DNA of 64,000 nucleotides, from contig CBDEUQ010000003.1 in NCBI GenBank assembly GCA_965243325.1, positions 932,304 to 996,303 on the forward strand, written 5' to 3'. The translations under genes and the position numbers were made by a program. Shown here one piece after another: positions 43,328 to 53,300 of this stretch. How positions within the stretch are numbered: the first letter of the stretch is position 1; the number at the start of each line of letters is the position of its first letter. Source of the stretch: Alphaproteobacteria bacterium (lineage in GTDB: Bacteria > Pseudomonadota > Alphaproteobacteria > UBA7887). Under the pieces are notes generated by a model. It saw only the letters and a list, made by a program, of their open reading frames with translations, made no database searches and was not told where the DNA came from.

Positions 43328-44137
43328 TCAAAAGGGCCGCCGTAGCGAGACGGCGAGGCTGTGGCTGCGCAGATTCGCTCGTGTCGGGCCAAGGTCGGGA
43401 AGCGGCAGCGGCACACGGCTGCCATCGCGCCAGACGACCAAACCGGTGCCGCGGCCGGTCTCGACGGTGCCGTGGTCCGTATAGCGCCACGCGACGTCGA
43501 GCGCCGCGCCACGCCCCAGTGCCGCCGAAATCCCCGCCGTCAGCATCCAGGCGAACCCGGTCCGCTCTCCATCCGGAACGACGGTCACCGTGCGCGGGAA
43601 TTCAAGACGCATATCGCCAACGACGATGCGCGCGGCGCCGACGCCGGCGCCGACGAAAGGTGCGGCCGAACCGAGCCGGGGCGCGCCGAACGCCGTGAGG
43701 TCCAAGTATGCGGCGAGCATACCGGACAGCGACGACAGGCTGGCCGACGCCCGTTGCGGCACATCGGGCGCAAGCTGGCTGAAGTTCGCGCGGCCGGCGA
43801 ACGAGAAGCGAGGGCGGTAGCCGAAGACCGCTTCGATGCGCACGCCCGGTGCTGCGGCAAGGCCGAGGCCGAGTTCGACGCCGCCCGCCGTACCGAAGTT
43901 CCCCAGCGTGCTGAGTGGTGCGCCGTCGTTGCCGCGGCCACAGCCGTATAGCGGCACCGGTACCGCGCGCGCGCATGCCGCGTCGGTAAAACGCGCGCCG
44001 TCCGACATGTCGACGACGGTGCCCGCGCGCAGATAAAGCGTCGATTGCATCGCTGAAACGTCGGCCGCGGCCGGAGTTGCCGGAACGACAAGTGCGGCAA
44101 CGAACGCGGCGCGCAGCGACCGCAGCATCGGTCCCAC
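43328..44137 (-). CDS. outer-membrane beta-barrel protein (porin / OmpA-like TM-barrel family)
   Basis: Signal peptide MLRSLRAAFVAALVVPATPAAAD, alternating amphipathic beta-strands, and a C-terminal ...SLRRPF aromatic terminus. Confidence 0.7.
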   Translation of the reverse strand: MGPMLRSLRAAFVAALVVPATPAAADVSAMQSTLYLRAGTVVDMSDGARFTDAACARAVPVPLYGCGRGNDGAPLSTLGNFGTAGGVELGLGLAAAPGVRIEAVFGYRPRFSFAGRANFSQLAPDVPQRASASLSSLSGMLAAYLDLTAFGAPRLGSAAPFVGAGVGAARIVVGDMRLEFPRTVTVVPDGERTGFAWMLTAGISAALGRGAALDVAWRYTDHGTVETGRGTGLVVWRDGSRVPLPLPDLGPTRANLRSHSLAVSLRRPF

Positions 44138-44145
44138 GCGCCGTT

Positions 44146-45048
44146 CTATTCGGCGGCGACCGGCGTGGCTGCTGCGGCGTGATCGAAATAGTTATGTTCG
44201 AGCGTGCGCTGGTTCTCGTAGATGGACCCTTGGTGCACCGCCTTCGGCAGTGGCATGCGCACCGGCACGTCCGCGAGCCGGGGCGTGAGGCACGGACGCC
44301 CGCGGACGACGCGCCCGCAGAACGCCGCGACGTCGCCCACGTCCTCGGTCCCTGCCAACGGCCACGCGTCGGCGGCGGCGTATTCGAACAGCAGCAGGCG
44401 ACGCGGCGCCGCCGAGCGATTGAGCGCCGAGCCGTGGATCAGCCGCGCGTGGTGGATGGTGATCGACCCGGCCGGGCCGGTCAGCGGCACCGCCGCGCCG
44501 AAGTCGATCGCCGTCGACTCCGGATCGATGGCGCCGCAGAACACTCCGTCGGCGTGGTGGTCATGGACCGGCCCCTTGTGCGTCTCCGGCAGCATCATCA
44601 ACGGGCCGTTGTCGAGTGTCATGTCGTCGATGAGAATGCCGACCGCCAGCACGTCGTCGTTGGTGTGCGGGTAGAACGCCCAGTCCTGATGCCACTCGAC
44701 AGGGGCGCCGTAGCCAGCCGCCTTCATGTTGACCTTGCCGCCCGGGCGCATCCGGATGTCCTCGCCGATGAGCGCAGCGAGGATATCGGTGATGCGCCGG
44801 TCGGCGGCGAGGCCGCGGTAGAAGGAGTGCGCGAGATACGGCGTCTTGATGCGCCGTACGCGCGGCCGCTCGGGCGTGTGGCTAGCTTCCAGGTCGAGGA
44901 ATTGGCTGTGCTCCGTGAGGCCGCGGGCGCCGGCGGCGACCTCCTCGGTGACCCGGCGCAACTCGGCGACCGCCGACGCGTCGAGCACGTCCTGGACCAT
45001 GAGATATCCGCGCTCGCGGTAAAACGTGACCTGTTCCGGACCGATCAT
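44146..45048 (-). CDS. phytanoyl-CoA dioxygenase (PhyH) family protein
   Basis: 300 aa with 2OG-Fe(II) oxygenase HxD...H arrangement (WHQDWAFYPH ... ITIHHARLIHGS). Confidence 0.85.
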   Translation of the reverse strand: MIGPEQVTFYRERGYLMVQDVLDASAVAELRRVTEEVAAGARGLTEHSQFLDLEASHTPERPRVRRIKTPYLAHSFYRGLAADRRITDILAALIGEDIRMRPGGKVNMKAAGYGAPVEWHQDWAFYPHTNDDVLAVGILIDDMTLDNGPLMMLPETHKGPVHDHHADGVFCGAIDPESTAIDFGAAVPLTGPAGSITIHHARLIHGSALNRSAAPRRLLLFEYAAADAWPLAGTEDVGDVAAFCGRVVRGRPCLTPRLADVPVRMPLPKAVHQGSIYENQRTLEHNYFDHAAAATPVAAE

Positions 45049-45320
45049 CCCGTTCCTCCGCCGATTTTCGGAAGCAGGTAGACCTCGCTGTCGGGGCCGA
45101 CTGCCTCCAGCATGGCGTTCTGCAGGATTTCGCCGTCGACGGCGATCGCCATGCCCTCCTCGATCATCGCCGCCATGCCGGGGAACCTGGCTTCGAGACC
45201 GCGCACCAGGTCGCGCACGGTCTCTCCCTCGACGTCGATTTCCGTCTCGCCGCCGGCGAACTGCCGGCCGACTCCGGCCGGCAGCACGACACGCGGCACG
45301 GCGCCCGCTCTCGCCGTCAC
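45045..45320 (-). CDS. MoaD/ThiS family sulfur-carrier-like protein
   Basis: 91 aa from GTG 45320, ending ...LLPKIGGGTG with a di-Gly-type C-terminus. It begins 5 nt after the coxL-like stop and has an ATGA overlap with phyH. Confidence 0.65.
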   Translation of the reverse strand: MTARAGAVPRVVLPAGVGRQFAGGETEIDVEGETVRDLVRGLEARFPGMAAMIEEGMAIAVDGEILQNAMLEAVGPDSEVYLLPKIGGGTG

Positions 45321-45325
45321 TCGCC

Positions 45326-47596
45326 TCAGCCGCCGTTCTCCAGCGCCTCGACGACGCGCGGAGGCGACATGGGCAGAGCGGTCATCCGAATGCCGATCGC
45401 GTCCTCGATGGCGTTCGCCACCGCCGCCATCGGCGGGATGATCGGCACCTCGCCGACCCCGCGCACGCCGTACGGATGGCGCGGGTTGGGCACTTCCACG
45501 AGCACGGTGTCGATCATCGGCAGATCCGAGGCAACCGGCATCCGGTAGTCCAGGAAGCCCGGGTTCTCGAGTCGGCCCTGCTCGTCGTAGATATACTCCT
45601 CGTTGAGCGCCCAGCCGATGCCTTGGGCCACGCCGCCCTGAAGCTGGCCCTCGACGTAGGCGGGGTGGATCGCCGTGCCGACGTCCTGCACCGCGGTGTA
45701 ACGCAGTACGGTCACCGCGCCGGTCTCCTCGTCGACCTCGACATCGCAGATATGGGCGCCGAAGCCGGGGCCGGCGCCGCGCGCGGTGAACTGCGCGTGG
45801 CCGTTGATCGGGCCGCCCGTCGCCGCCGAGCCGGCGGCGATCTCGGCCAACGACAGGGGCTCGAAGTCGCCGGCATTGCTGCTCGTCGGCCGCGCCTTGC
45901 CGTTGTCCCACACCACCGCGTCGACCGGAATGTCCCAGATCTTCGCGGCGCGTCCGCGCATCTCGTCGACGACCTGCTTCGCCGCCTCGACCACGGCCAT
46001 GCCGCTGGCGAAGGTGACGCGGCTGCCGCCGGTGAGGAAGCTGTAGCCGATCGAACTCGTGTCGGCGACGATCGGCCGCACCTTGGCCACGTCGATGCCC
46101 AGCACTTCGGCTGCCATGATCGCCATCGATGCGCGGCTGCCGCCGATGTCCGGGTTCCCCGTCGCCACGGTCGCCGATCCGTCCTCGTTGATGTGCACCT
46201 CGGCGCTCGATTCGCCGCCGATGTTGAACCAGAATCCGGTGGCGAAGCCGCGTCCCTGCTTCGGACCCAGCTTGGCATTGTAGTGGGGGTGGCTCTTCGC
46301 GGCGGCCAGGGTCTCGACGTAGCCGATGGGGCCGAATTTCGGCCCGTAGGCCGCTTGCGTACCTTCCTTCGCGGCGTTCTTCTCGCGCAGGGCGATCGGA
46401 TCCATGCCGATCTTGCGGGCGAGCTCGTCGATCACGCTCTCGACGCCGAACTCCGAGATCGGCGCCCCGGGAGCGCGATAGGCGGCGACCTTCGGACGGT
46501 TGGTCACCACGTCGTAACCGACGACGAGGACGTTCTCCAGGTCGTAGGGCGCAAACGCGGTCATGCAGCCGGGGCCGATCGGCGACCCGGGGTAGGCGCC
46601 GGCCTGATACTTGAGGTTCGCTTCGGCGGCGACAATGCGGCCGTCGTTCGTCACGCCGATCTTGATGTATATCGCCGCGCCCGACGTCGGGCCGCTGGCG
46701 CGGAATACCTCCTCGCGCGTCATCGTCATGCGCACGGGCCGGCCCGCCTGCTGCGACAGCAGCACCGCGACCGGCTCAAGATAGACTAGGGTCTTGCCGC
46801 CGAAGCCGCCGCCGATCTCGGCGGGCATGACGCGGATCTGCGCCGCCTCGATCCCGAGGATGTTGGCCGTGTAGTTGCGCACCATGAACTGGCCCTGGCT
46901 CGAGCACCAGATCTGGATCTGGCCGTCCTCCGACGTGTCGGCGACGACGGCGTGCGGCTCGATGTAGCCCTGGTGGACCGGCTCGGTAGTGAAGGAACGC
47001 TCGATCGTCACGTCGGCGTCGGCGAAGCCGGCGCTCACGTCGCCGAGCTTGAACTCCATGCGCTTGGCCACGTTCGACGGCTTGTCGGGCGTCGGCGTCA
47101 CGCCGTCGGTGAACAGGTCGTCGTGCAAGACCGGCGCGTCGTCGGCCATCGCTTCGACGACGTCGATGACGTGCGGCAGCACTTCGTATTCCACTTCGAC
47201 CAGCGCCGCCGCCTGCTCGGCGACGACAGCGCTCACAGCCGCCACCGCGGCGACCGCGTGGCCGTCGTAGAGCACCTTGTCGCGCGCCATGACGTTCGAC
47301 GACAAGTCGCGGAAGTTGACCTGCGCCTCGCCGGCGGAGAAGAACTCGGCGCCTTCGAGCGGCGGAAAATCGGCGCTCGTCACCACCGCCTTCACGCCGC
47401 GGAGGGCGCGGGCCTTCGTGGTGTCAATCGACTTGATGCGGGCGTGAGCGTGCGGGCTGCGGACCACGCGCCCGTGCAGCATCCCCGGGAGGTTGAGATC
47501 GGCGCCGAACTTGGCCCGCCCCGTCACCTTGTCCACGCCGTCGGGGCGAATGGGCCGCGTACCGACCACACGATATCCGGAATTGCCGTTCTTCAT
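45326..47596 (-). CDS. xanthine dehydrogenase family molybdopterin-binding subunit (CoxL-like large subunit)
   Basis: 756 aa from ATG 47596 (RBS GAGAGGAGC), with GGGFGGK and Mo-cofactor domains. It lacks the AYRCSFR motif of true CO dehydrogenases. Confidence 0.9.
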   Translation of the reverse strand: MKNGNSGYRVVGTRPIRPDGVDKVTGRAKFGADLNLPGMLHGRVVRSPHAHARIKSIDTTKARALRGVKAVVTSADFPPLEGAEFFSAGEAQVNFRDLSSNVMARDKVLYDGHAVAAVAAVSAVVAEQAAALVEVEYEVLPHVIDVVEAMADDAPVLHDDLFTDGVTPTPDKPSNVAKRMEFKLGDVSAGFADADVTIERSFTTEPVHQGYIEPHAVVADTSEDGQIQIWCSSQGQFMVRNYTANILGIEAAQIRVMPAEIGGGFGGKTLVYLEPVAVLLSQQAGRPVRMTMTREEVFRASGPTSGAAIYIKIGVTNDGRIVAAEANLKYQAGAYPGSPIGPGCMTAFAPYDLENVLVVGYDVVTNRPKVAAYRAPGAPISEFGVESVIDELARKIGMDPIALREKNAAKEGTQAAYGPKFGPIGYVETLAAAKSHPHYNAKLGPKQGRGFATGFWFNIGGESSAEVHINEDGSATVATGNPDIGGSRASMAIMAAEVLGIDVAKVRPIVADTSSIGYSFLTGGSRVTFASGMAVVEAAKQVVDEMRGRAAKIWDIPVDAVVWDNGKARPTSSNAGDFEPLSLAEIAAGSAATGGPINGHAQFTARGAGPGFGAHICDVEVDEETGAVTVLRYTAVQDVGTAIHPAYVEGQLQGGVAQGIGWALNEEYIYDEQGRLENPGFLDYRMPVASDLPMIDTVLVEVPNPRHPYGVRGVGEVPIIPPMAAVANAIEDAIGIRMTALPMSPPRVVEALENGG

Positions 47597-47598
47597 GG

Positions 47599-48075
47599 TC
47601 AGGCTCCTCTCATTTCCGCCGCCGCGCTCTGGACCGCGCGGACGATCTTGTCGTAGCCGGTACAGCGGCAGAGGTTGCCGGCCAGCCAGTAGCGGATCTC
47701 GGTCTCCGAGGGGTCGGGGTCGCGTTCGAGCAGCGCCTTCGTCGCGACCAGGAAGCCGGGGGTACAGAAACCGCACTGCAGGGCCGCCTCCTCGAGGAAC
47801 GCCTGCTGCACGGGATGCAGCGAGTCGCCGTCGGCCATCCCCTCGATGGTCTCGACCTCGCGCCCGTGCGCCTCGACGCCGAGGGCGAGGCAGGCGCACA
47901 CGAGGCGCCCGTCGAGGATCACGCTGCACGCGCCGCAGTCACCCGACGCGCAGCCTTCCTTGGTCCCGTTCATGTGCAGCTCGTCGCGCAGCACGTCGAG
48001 CAGGGTCTGCCGCGTGTCGCACAGGAACTCCACCGGTTCGCCGTTGACGGTCGTCTCGATATGGTGCCGCGCCAT
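47599..48075 (-). CDS. (2Fe-2S)-binding subunit of xanthine dehydrogenase family enzyme (CoxS-like)
   Basis: 158 aa with CASGDCGAC and CGFCTPG / CRCTGY cluster motifs. Confidence 0.9.
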   Translation of the reverse strand: MARHHIETTVNGEPVEFLCDTRQTLLDVLRDELHMNGTKEGCASGDCGACSVILDGRLVCACLALGVEAHGREVETIEGMADGDSLHPVQQAFLEEAALQCGFCTPGFLVATKALLERDPDPSETEIRYWLAGNLCRCTGYDKIVRAVQSAAAEMRGA

Positions 48076-48944
48076 CAGTCGCTCCTCGCACGTTCGTAGG
48101 CGATCGCCGCCGCGCGGCGCGCCAGCACGCCCGCGACCTTGACCCGGTAGGCGATGGTGCCCCGCTTGTCGTCGATCGGCGCGCATGCGGCGCGCGCCGC
48201 GGCGTCGAGCGCCGCCAGCGCGTCGTCGCCAAGCGCCGTGCCGACGAGCGCCGCGCCGGCCTCGGGGACGAGCCGCGCCGTCGGCGCCACGGCGCCGAGC
48301 GCGACGCGCGCCGCGCTGACGATGCCGTCGCCGTCGACGCTCAGACAGACGCCGGCGCCGACGATCGCGATGTCCATCTCGGTGCGCGGGATCATCCGCA
48401 GGTAGGCGTCGCCGGTTCCAGGCGACGCCGCCGGCAGGCGGAAGTCGACGACGATCTCGCCGGTCTCCAGCGCTGTCTGGCCGGGGCCGGTGCACACCGC
48501 CTCGGCGGGCAGGTCGCGCCGGCCGCCGGGGCCGGCCACCGTGCACACCGCGCCGGCGGCGATCAACGCCGGCACGCTGTCGGCAGCGGGCGAGGCGTTG
48601 CACAGGTTGCCGCCCGCACTCGCGCGGCCCTGGATCTGGGTCGAGCCGATCAGCTCGACGGCCTCGACGATGCCGGGCCACGCCGCCTTGAGCGCCGCGT
48701 GCTCGCCCATCTCGGCGCCGGTGACCGCCGCGCCGACGCGGATCTCGCCGTCGCGTGCGGTGATGGCGCACATCTCGTCGATGCGCTTCACGTCGACGAT
48801 CAGGCCCGGACGCACGGCTCCCGCGTGCATCTGGACCAGCAAGTCGGTGCCCCCGGCCAGCACGCGGCCGTCGCCGCCGGCCGCGGCGAGCAGCGCCACC
48901 GCGTCGTCGACGGTGGCGGGGGCTTCGTATCGAATCGCGTTCAT
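48075..48944 (-). CDS. FAD-binding subunit of xanthine dehydrogenase family enzyme (CoxM-like)
   Basis: 289 aa with an FAD-binding PCMH-type domain (AGGTDLLVQM). ATGA overlap with the small subunit. Confidence 0.9.
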   Translation of the reverse strand: MNAIRYEAPATVDDAVALLAAAGGDGRVLAGGTDLLVQMHAGAVRPGLIVDVKRIDEMCAITARDGEIRVGAAVTGAEMGEHAALKAAWPGIVEAVELIGSTQIQGRASAGGNLCNASPAADSVPALIAAGAVCTVAGPGGRRDLPAEAVCTGPGQTALETGEIVVDFRLPAASPGTGDAYLRMIPRTEMDIAIVGAGVCLSVDGDGIVSAARVALGAVAPTARLVPEAGAALVGTALGDDALAALDAAARAACAPIDDKRGTIAYRVKVAGVLARRAAAIAYERARSD

Positions 48945-49293
48945 GGGCTCCCTGTCATCGATTGGCGACCGCGGCCGGCACGCAACGGGGACAGGCGCCG
49001 AATCGCATGCGGCGCGCGTCGCGTTCCGTCCGGGGGGCGGCCCGATACCGCGCGCATCATAGAGGGGCGCGCCACGCGCGGCGACGGAAAAATGCGCCGG
49101 CCCGCGTCGGGCGGCGGGCCGGGGTTTCGAATCCGACGTGTCCCTGCGCGCGGATTTCCGTCCCTATGCGTCGCCGCCGCGCGATATTTACATGCCTTTC
49201 TTGTAAAATAGGCGGGCGGCGGCTGGACGCGCCGCAGGGGCCGGGATAGGGTGCGGCGCGAACGCGGGCGCGAACGAGTGCGGGGGAGCGGTC

Positions 49294-49779
49294 ATGGGCG
49301 AGAGGGCGTGGCGGGTGTATCTGTCGGGCGAGATCCACACCGACTGGCGCCGGCGCATCGCCGCCGGCGTCGCGGCGGCCGGCCTGCCGGCGCGGCTCGA
49401 CGCGCCGAACTGCGTGCACGCGGATTCCGACGACTGCGGCGCCGTCATCCTCGGCAGCGAGGCGGACGCCTTCTGGCACGACCGCAAGGGCGCGGCGATG
49501 AACGCCATCCGCACGCGCACGCTGATCGGCGAGGCCGACGTGGTCGTCGTGCGCTTCGGCGACCGCTACCGGCAGTGGAACGCCGCCTTCGACGCCGGCA
49601 CGGCGGCGGCGCTCGGCAAGGCGCTGGTGACGCTGCACGACACCGCGCTCGACCACGCGCTGAAGGAGGTGGACGCCGCCGCGCTCGCCGTCTGCCGCAC
49701 GCCCGAGCAGGTCGTCGACACGCTCGCCTACGTCGTCCGCGGCACCCTTCCGGGCCGCGCGCGCGAGGCGGCGGAGTAG
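49294..49779 (+). CDS. YtoQ family protein
   Basis: 161 aa starting MGERAWRVYLSGEIHTDWRRRI, the YtoQ hallmark. RBS GGGGGAG. Confidence 0.85.
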   Translation: MGERAWRVYLSGEIHTDWRRRIAAGVAAAGLPARLDAPNCVHADSDDCGAVILGSEADAFWHDRKGAAMNAIRTRTLIGEADVVVVRFGDRYRQWNAAFDAGTAAALGKALVTLHDTALDHALKEVDAAALAVCRTPEQVVDTLAYVVRGTLPGRAREAAE

Positions 49780-49859
49780 GGGCGCGGCACAAAGGGGATA
49801 CCGGAACCCCGACTGCCTTCCGGGCCGGCGCCCGCGGTTTCCTCGCTGCGTCGCAGCCC

Positions 49860-50222
49860 GTGCCCCTCGAACGCGCGCGCCTCGACACGGTCGTCCGCGG
49901 CAGCCTCTTCGCCGGCGACTTCCTCGGCGATGCCATCGCCGAGACGGCGGACTGGCAGGCACTCGACGAGGCGGCGCTAGACGTCCTCGAACGCGACCTC
50001 GGGGCGATCTTCGCGCGCTTCCCCACGGCGGGGACGGCGAACGAGACGCAGACCGAGGACGATCTGATCTGGCCGGTTCTCGAACGCCTCGGCTGGACCG
50101 CGCACCTGCGCCAGCAGAACCTCTCGGCGCACGGCCGCGCCGACGTTCCCGACGGCCTGCTGTTCGCCGACGACGAGGCGAAGGCACGCGCCAACCTCCT
50201 GCCCGAGGAGTGGCGGCGCTAA
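49860..50222 (+). pseudogene. 5' portion of a type IIG-like restriction-modification gene (PD-(D/E)xK / HsdR_N-like nuclease region) ending at an in-frame TAA
   Basis: In frame with the downstream MTase ORF. It encodes ...TQTEDDLIWPVLERLGWTAHL...RADVPDGLLFADDEAKARANLLPEEWRR, then TAA at 50220-50222, and the next codons read ELGLALVESKRWERPLD. The stop sits between the PD and ExK elements of the nuclease fold. Confidence 0.5.
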
Positions 50223-50318
50223 GAGCTCGGCCTCGCGCTCGTCGAGTCCAAGCGCTGGGAACGCCCGCTCGACCGCCGCTCCGGGCGGCCGGACGAAGAG
50301 ACCGCGCCGTCGACGCAG

Positions 50319-53300
50319 ATGCTGCGCTACCTCCGGCGCGCCGGCGACCTCGCCACCGGCGGGCCGCGCTGGGGCATCCTTGCCCACGGCCGCTACTGGC
50401 GGCTCTACTTCGCAGGGGCGCGCTCGGTCGCCGAGCAGTTCTTCGAGATCGACCTCGCGGCGCTCCTCGGCGCCGGCCGCGAGGGCGACCTGTTCGCTCT
50501 CGACGACTCGGAGCGCCGCCACGCGCTGAAGCTGTTCCTGCTCGTCTTCCGCCGCGACGCCTTCCTGCCCGGTACGGCGGACCCGCGGACCTTCCACCGG
50601 CGGGCGATAGACCAGGGGCGTTTCCACGAGGAGCGCGTTGCCGCCAGCCTGTCCGACACGGTGTTCGGCCGCGTCTTTCCGATCCTTGCCCGCGCCCTCG
50701 CCGCCGTCGCGCCCGAGGCGCCGCTGACGGAGGTGCGCGAAGCGGCGCTGGTCCTACTGTACCGGCTGCTGTTCCTGCTCTACGCCGAGGACCGCGGCCT
50801 GCTGCCCGTGCGCGAGGCCCGCTACGGCGAGTACGCGCTGCGCGAGCGCGTGCGCGCCGACGTAAAGCGCCGGAAAGACGCTGAAATCGCCTTCTCCTCG
50901 GTCGCCACCCGCTACTGGTCGGCGGTCGGCGACCTCTGCCGCGCGGTCGGCGGCGGCGACGCGGCGCTTGGCCTGCCGCCGTACAACGGCGGCCTGTTCG
51001 ACGCCGCGCGGGCGCCGCTGCTCGCGAATGTCAGCCTCACCGACGACACGATGGCGGACGTCGTCGACGCGCTGTCGTTCGAGGCCGCGCCCGAAGGCCG
51101 TCGCTACATCAATTACCGCGACCTCCGCGTCCGCCAGCTCGGCTCGATCTACGAGCGCCTGCTGGAATACGAGTTCGTGCGCGAAGGCGGGGACATCGCC
51201 GTGCGCCCCAACGTCTTCGCGCGCAAGAGCTCGGGCAGCTACTACACGCCGGACGAGCTTGTCGGACTGGTCCTGCGCGAGACGCTGGGACCGCCGATCG
51301 AGGAACGCGTCCGGGCGTTTCGCGAGGCGGCCGCCGGCGGGGCTGACCCGGCGGCGCTCGCCGAGCGCGACCCGGCGGAGGCGATCCTTCGCCTCAGGAT
51401 GTGCGATCCGGCGATGGGCTCCGGGCACTTTCTCGTCGGCCTCGTCGATTGGCTGTCCGACCGCACGATTGCCGCCGTGGCCGAGGCCGAGGCGCTGGCG
51501 GACGGGTACCGCTCGCCGCTCGTCGACCGCATCGCCGGCATCCGCGAGACCGTGCTGGCGAACGCCCAAGCGGGCGGCTGGACGGTGGACGCGGCGCGCC
51601 TCGACGACCGCCACGTCGTCCGCCGCATGGTGCTCAAGCGCTGCGTCTTCGGCGTCGACAAGAACCCGATGGCGGTCGAGCTCGCCAAGGTCGCGCTGTG
51701 GCTGCACACGTTCACCGTCGGCGCGCCGCTCAGCTTCCTCGACCACCACCTGCGCTGCGGCGACAGCCTGTTCGGCGCCTGGGTTCGCGGCGGCATCGAA
51801 CGCGCCGAGGCGTACGGCACGCCGCTGCTCCTGCACGAGCCGCTGGCACGCGCCCGCGGGGCCGCCGACGCGATGCGCACGGTCGAGGCGCTGACCGACG
51901 CAGAGATCGCCGAGGCCGACCGCTCGGCGGAAATCTACGGCGAGGTGAGCGAGCGGACGGCGCCGCTCGACGCCTTGCTTTCGCTGGTCCACGCGCTGGA
52001 CTGGCTGGCGCCTCGCGACGAGGAGGCCAAGACCGCTGTGCAAGCGTTCTTCGCGGGCCAGCTCGGCGACCCCGTCGACATCGCCCGCGGCGCGGCGGAG
52101 ATCGGGTCCGACGAGCCGGAGGCCCGCCGCTTCGCCGAGTTGCTCGAGGAGGTGCGGGCGCTCTTCGCGGAGGAGCGCTTCCTCAACTGGCAGGCGGCGT
52201 TCCCCGGCGTGTGGACGAACCCGGCAAGCGCCGTACGCGAGGGCGGTTTCGACGCCGTGATCGGCAACCCGCCGTGGGACCGGGTGAAACCCGAGCAGGT
52301 GGAATGGTTCGCGGTGCGGCGGCGGGAGATCGCCGAAACGCCGCGTGCGGCCGACCGCAAGCGGATCGTCGCCGCGCTGGAGCGGGCGGGCGATCCGCTC
52401 GCCCACGACTGGACCGCCGCCCGCACGCGTACCGAGACGGCGGCGCTCGTCGCCCGGAAATCGGGCGATTACCCCTTGCTCTCGGGAGGCGAAGTAAACC
52501 TCTACGCGCTATTCGTCGAGCGCGCGATGGCGCTGGTCAAGCCCAGCGGCACGGTCGGGCTGCTCGTGCCGTCGGGGATCGCGTCGGACAAGACGGCGGC
52601 GCGTTTCTTCAGGGCGGTGGCGACCGAGGGGCGGCTGAAGGCGTTCTACGACTTCGAGAACAAGCGGGGCCTCTTCCCGGACGTGGACAGCCGCTTCAAG
52701 TTCTGCGTCTTCGTCGCTAGCCCGCGGCGACCGTGGGAGACGGCCGAATACGCCTTCTTCCTGCACGATACCGGCCAGATCGACGACCCCGAGCGCCGCT
52801 TCCGGCTGACGGCGGCGGACTTCGCCCGCGTCAATCCCAACACCGGCACGGCGCCGATCTTCCGCACCCGCCGCGACGCGAAGCTGACTGCGGCCATCTA
52901 CGGCCGGCTGCCGGTGCTCGTCGACCGCTCGTCCGGCGAGGCCGCGAGGACGTGGCCGGTGACCTACACGCGCATGTTCGACATGACCGACGACTCTGGC
53001 CTGTTCCGCACCCGCGCGGAACTGGAGGAGAACGAGAGCGCCTGGCCCGTCGCCGGCAACCGCTTCGAGAGCCCGTCCGGCGAATGGGTGCCGCTGTACC
53101 AGGGCATGATGGCGCAGGCGTACGACCACCGCGCCGCGAGCATCCGCGTCAACCCGGCCAACCTGCACCGGCCGGCGCAGCCCGCCCGCGCGACCCCGGC
53201 ACAGCACGCGGACCCCGACTGGATGCCCGAACCGCAGTACTGGGTGCCGAGAGATCGGACCGCGTTCCCGACGGCGCCCTGGTTGCTGGCCTTCAAGGAC

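Noticed and set aside
39509-43698. Multiple 100-300 aa ORFs on both strands inside cobN
   Set aside because: All overlap the well-supported 1218-aa CobN frame and are Arg/Pro-rich.
49186-49212. TTTACA-N10-TGTAAA inverted repeat followed by TAAAAT in the coxM/ytoQ divergent region
   Set aside because: The spacing does not fit a sigma-70 promoter. It could be an operator, but there is no supporting context, so it is left uncalled.
49251-49859. 5' part of ORF 49251..50222 (MRRERGRERVRG...)
   Set aside because: It overlaps ytoQ in another frame with Arg/Gly-rich junk. The RM-gene homology only begins after the ytoQ stop, and the first possible start is GTG 49860.
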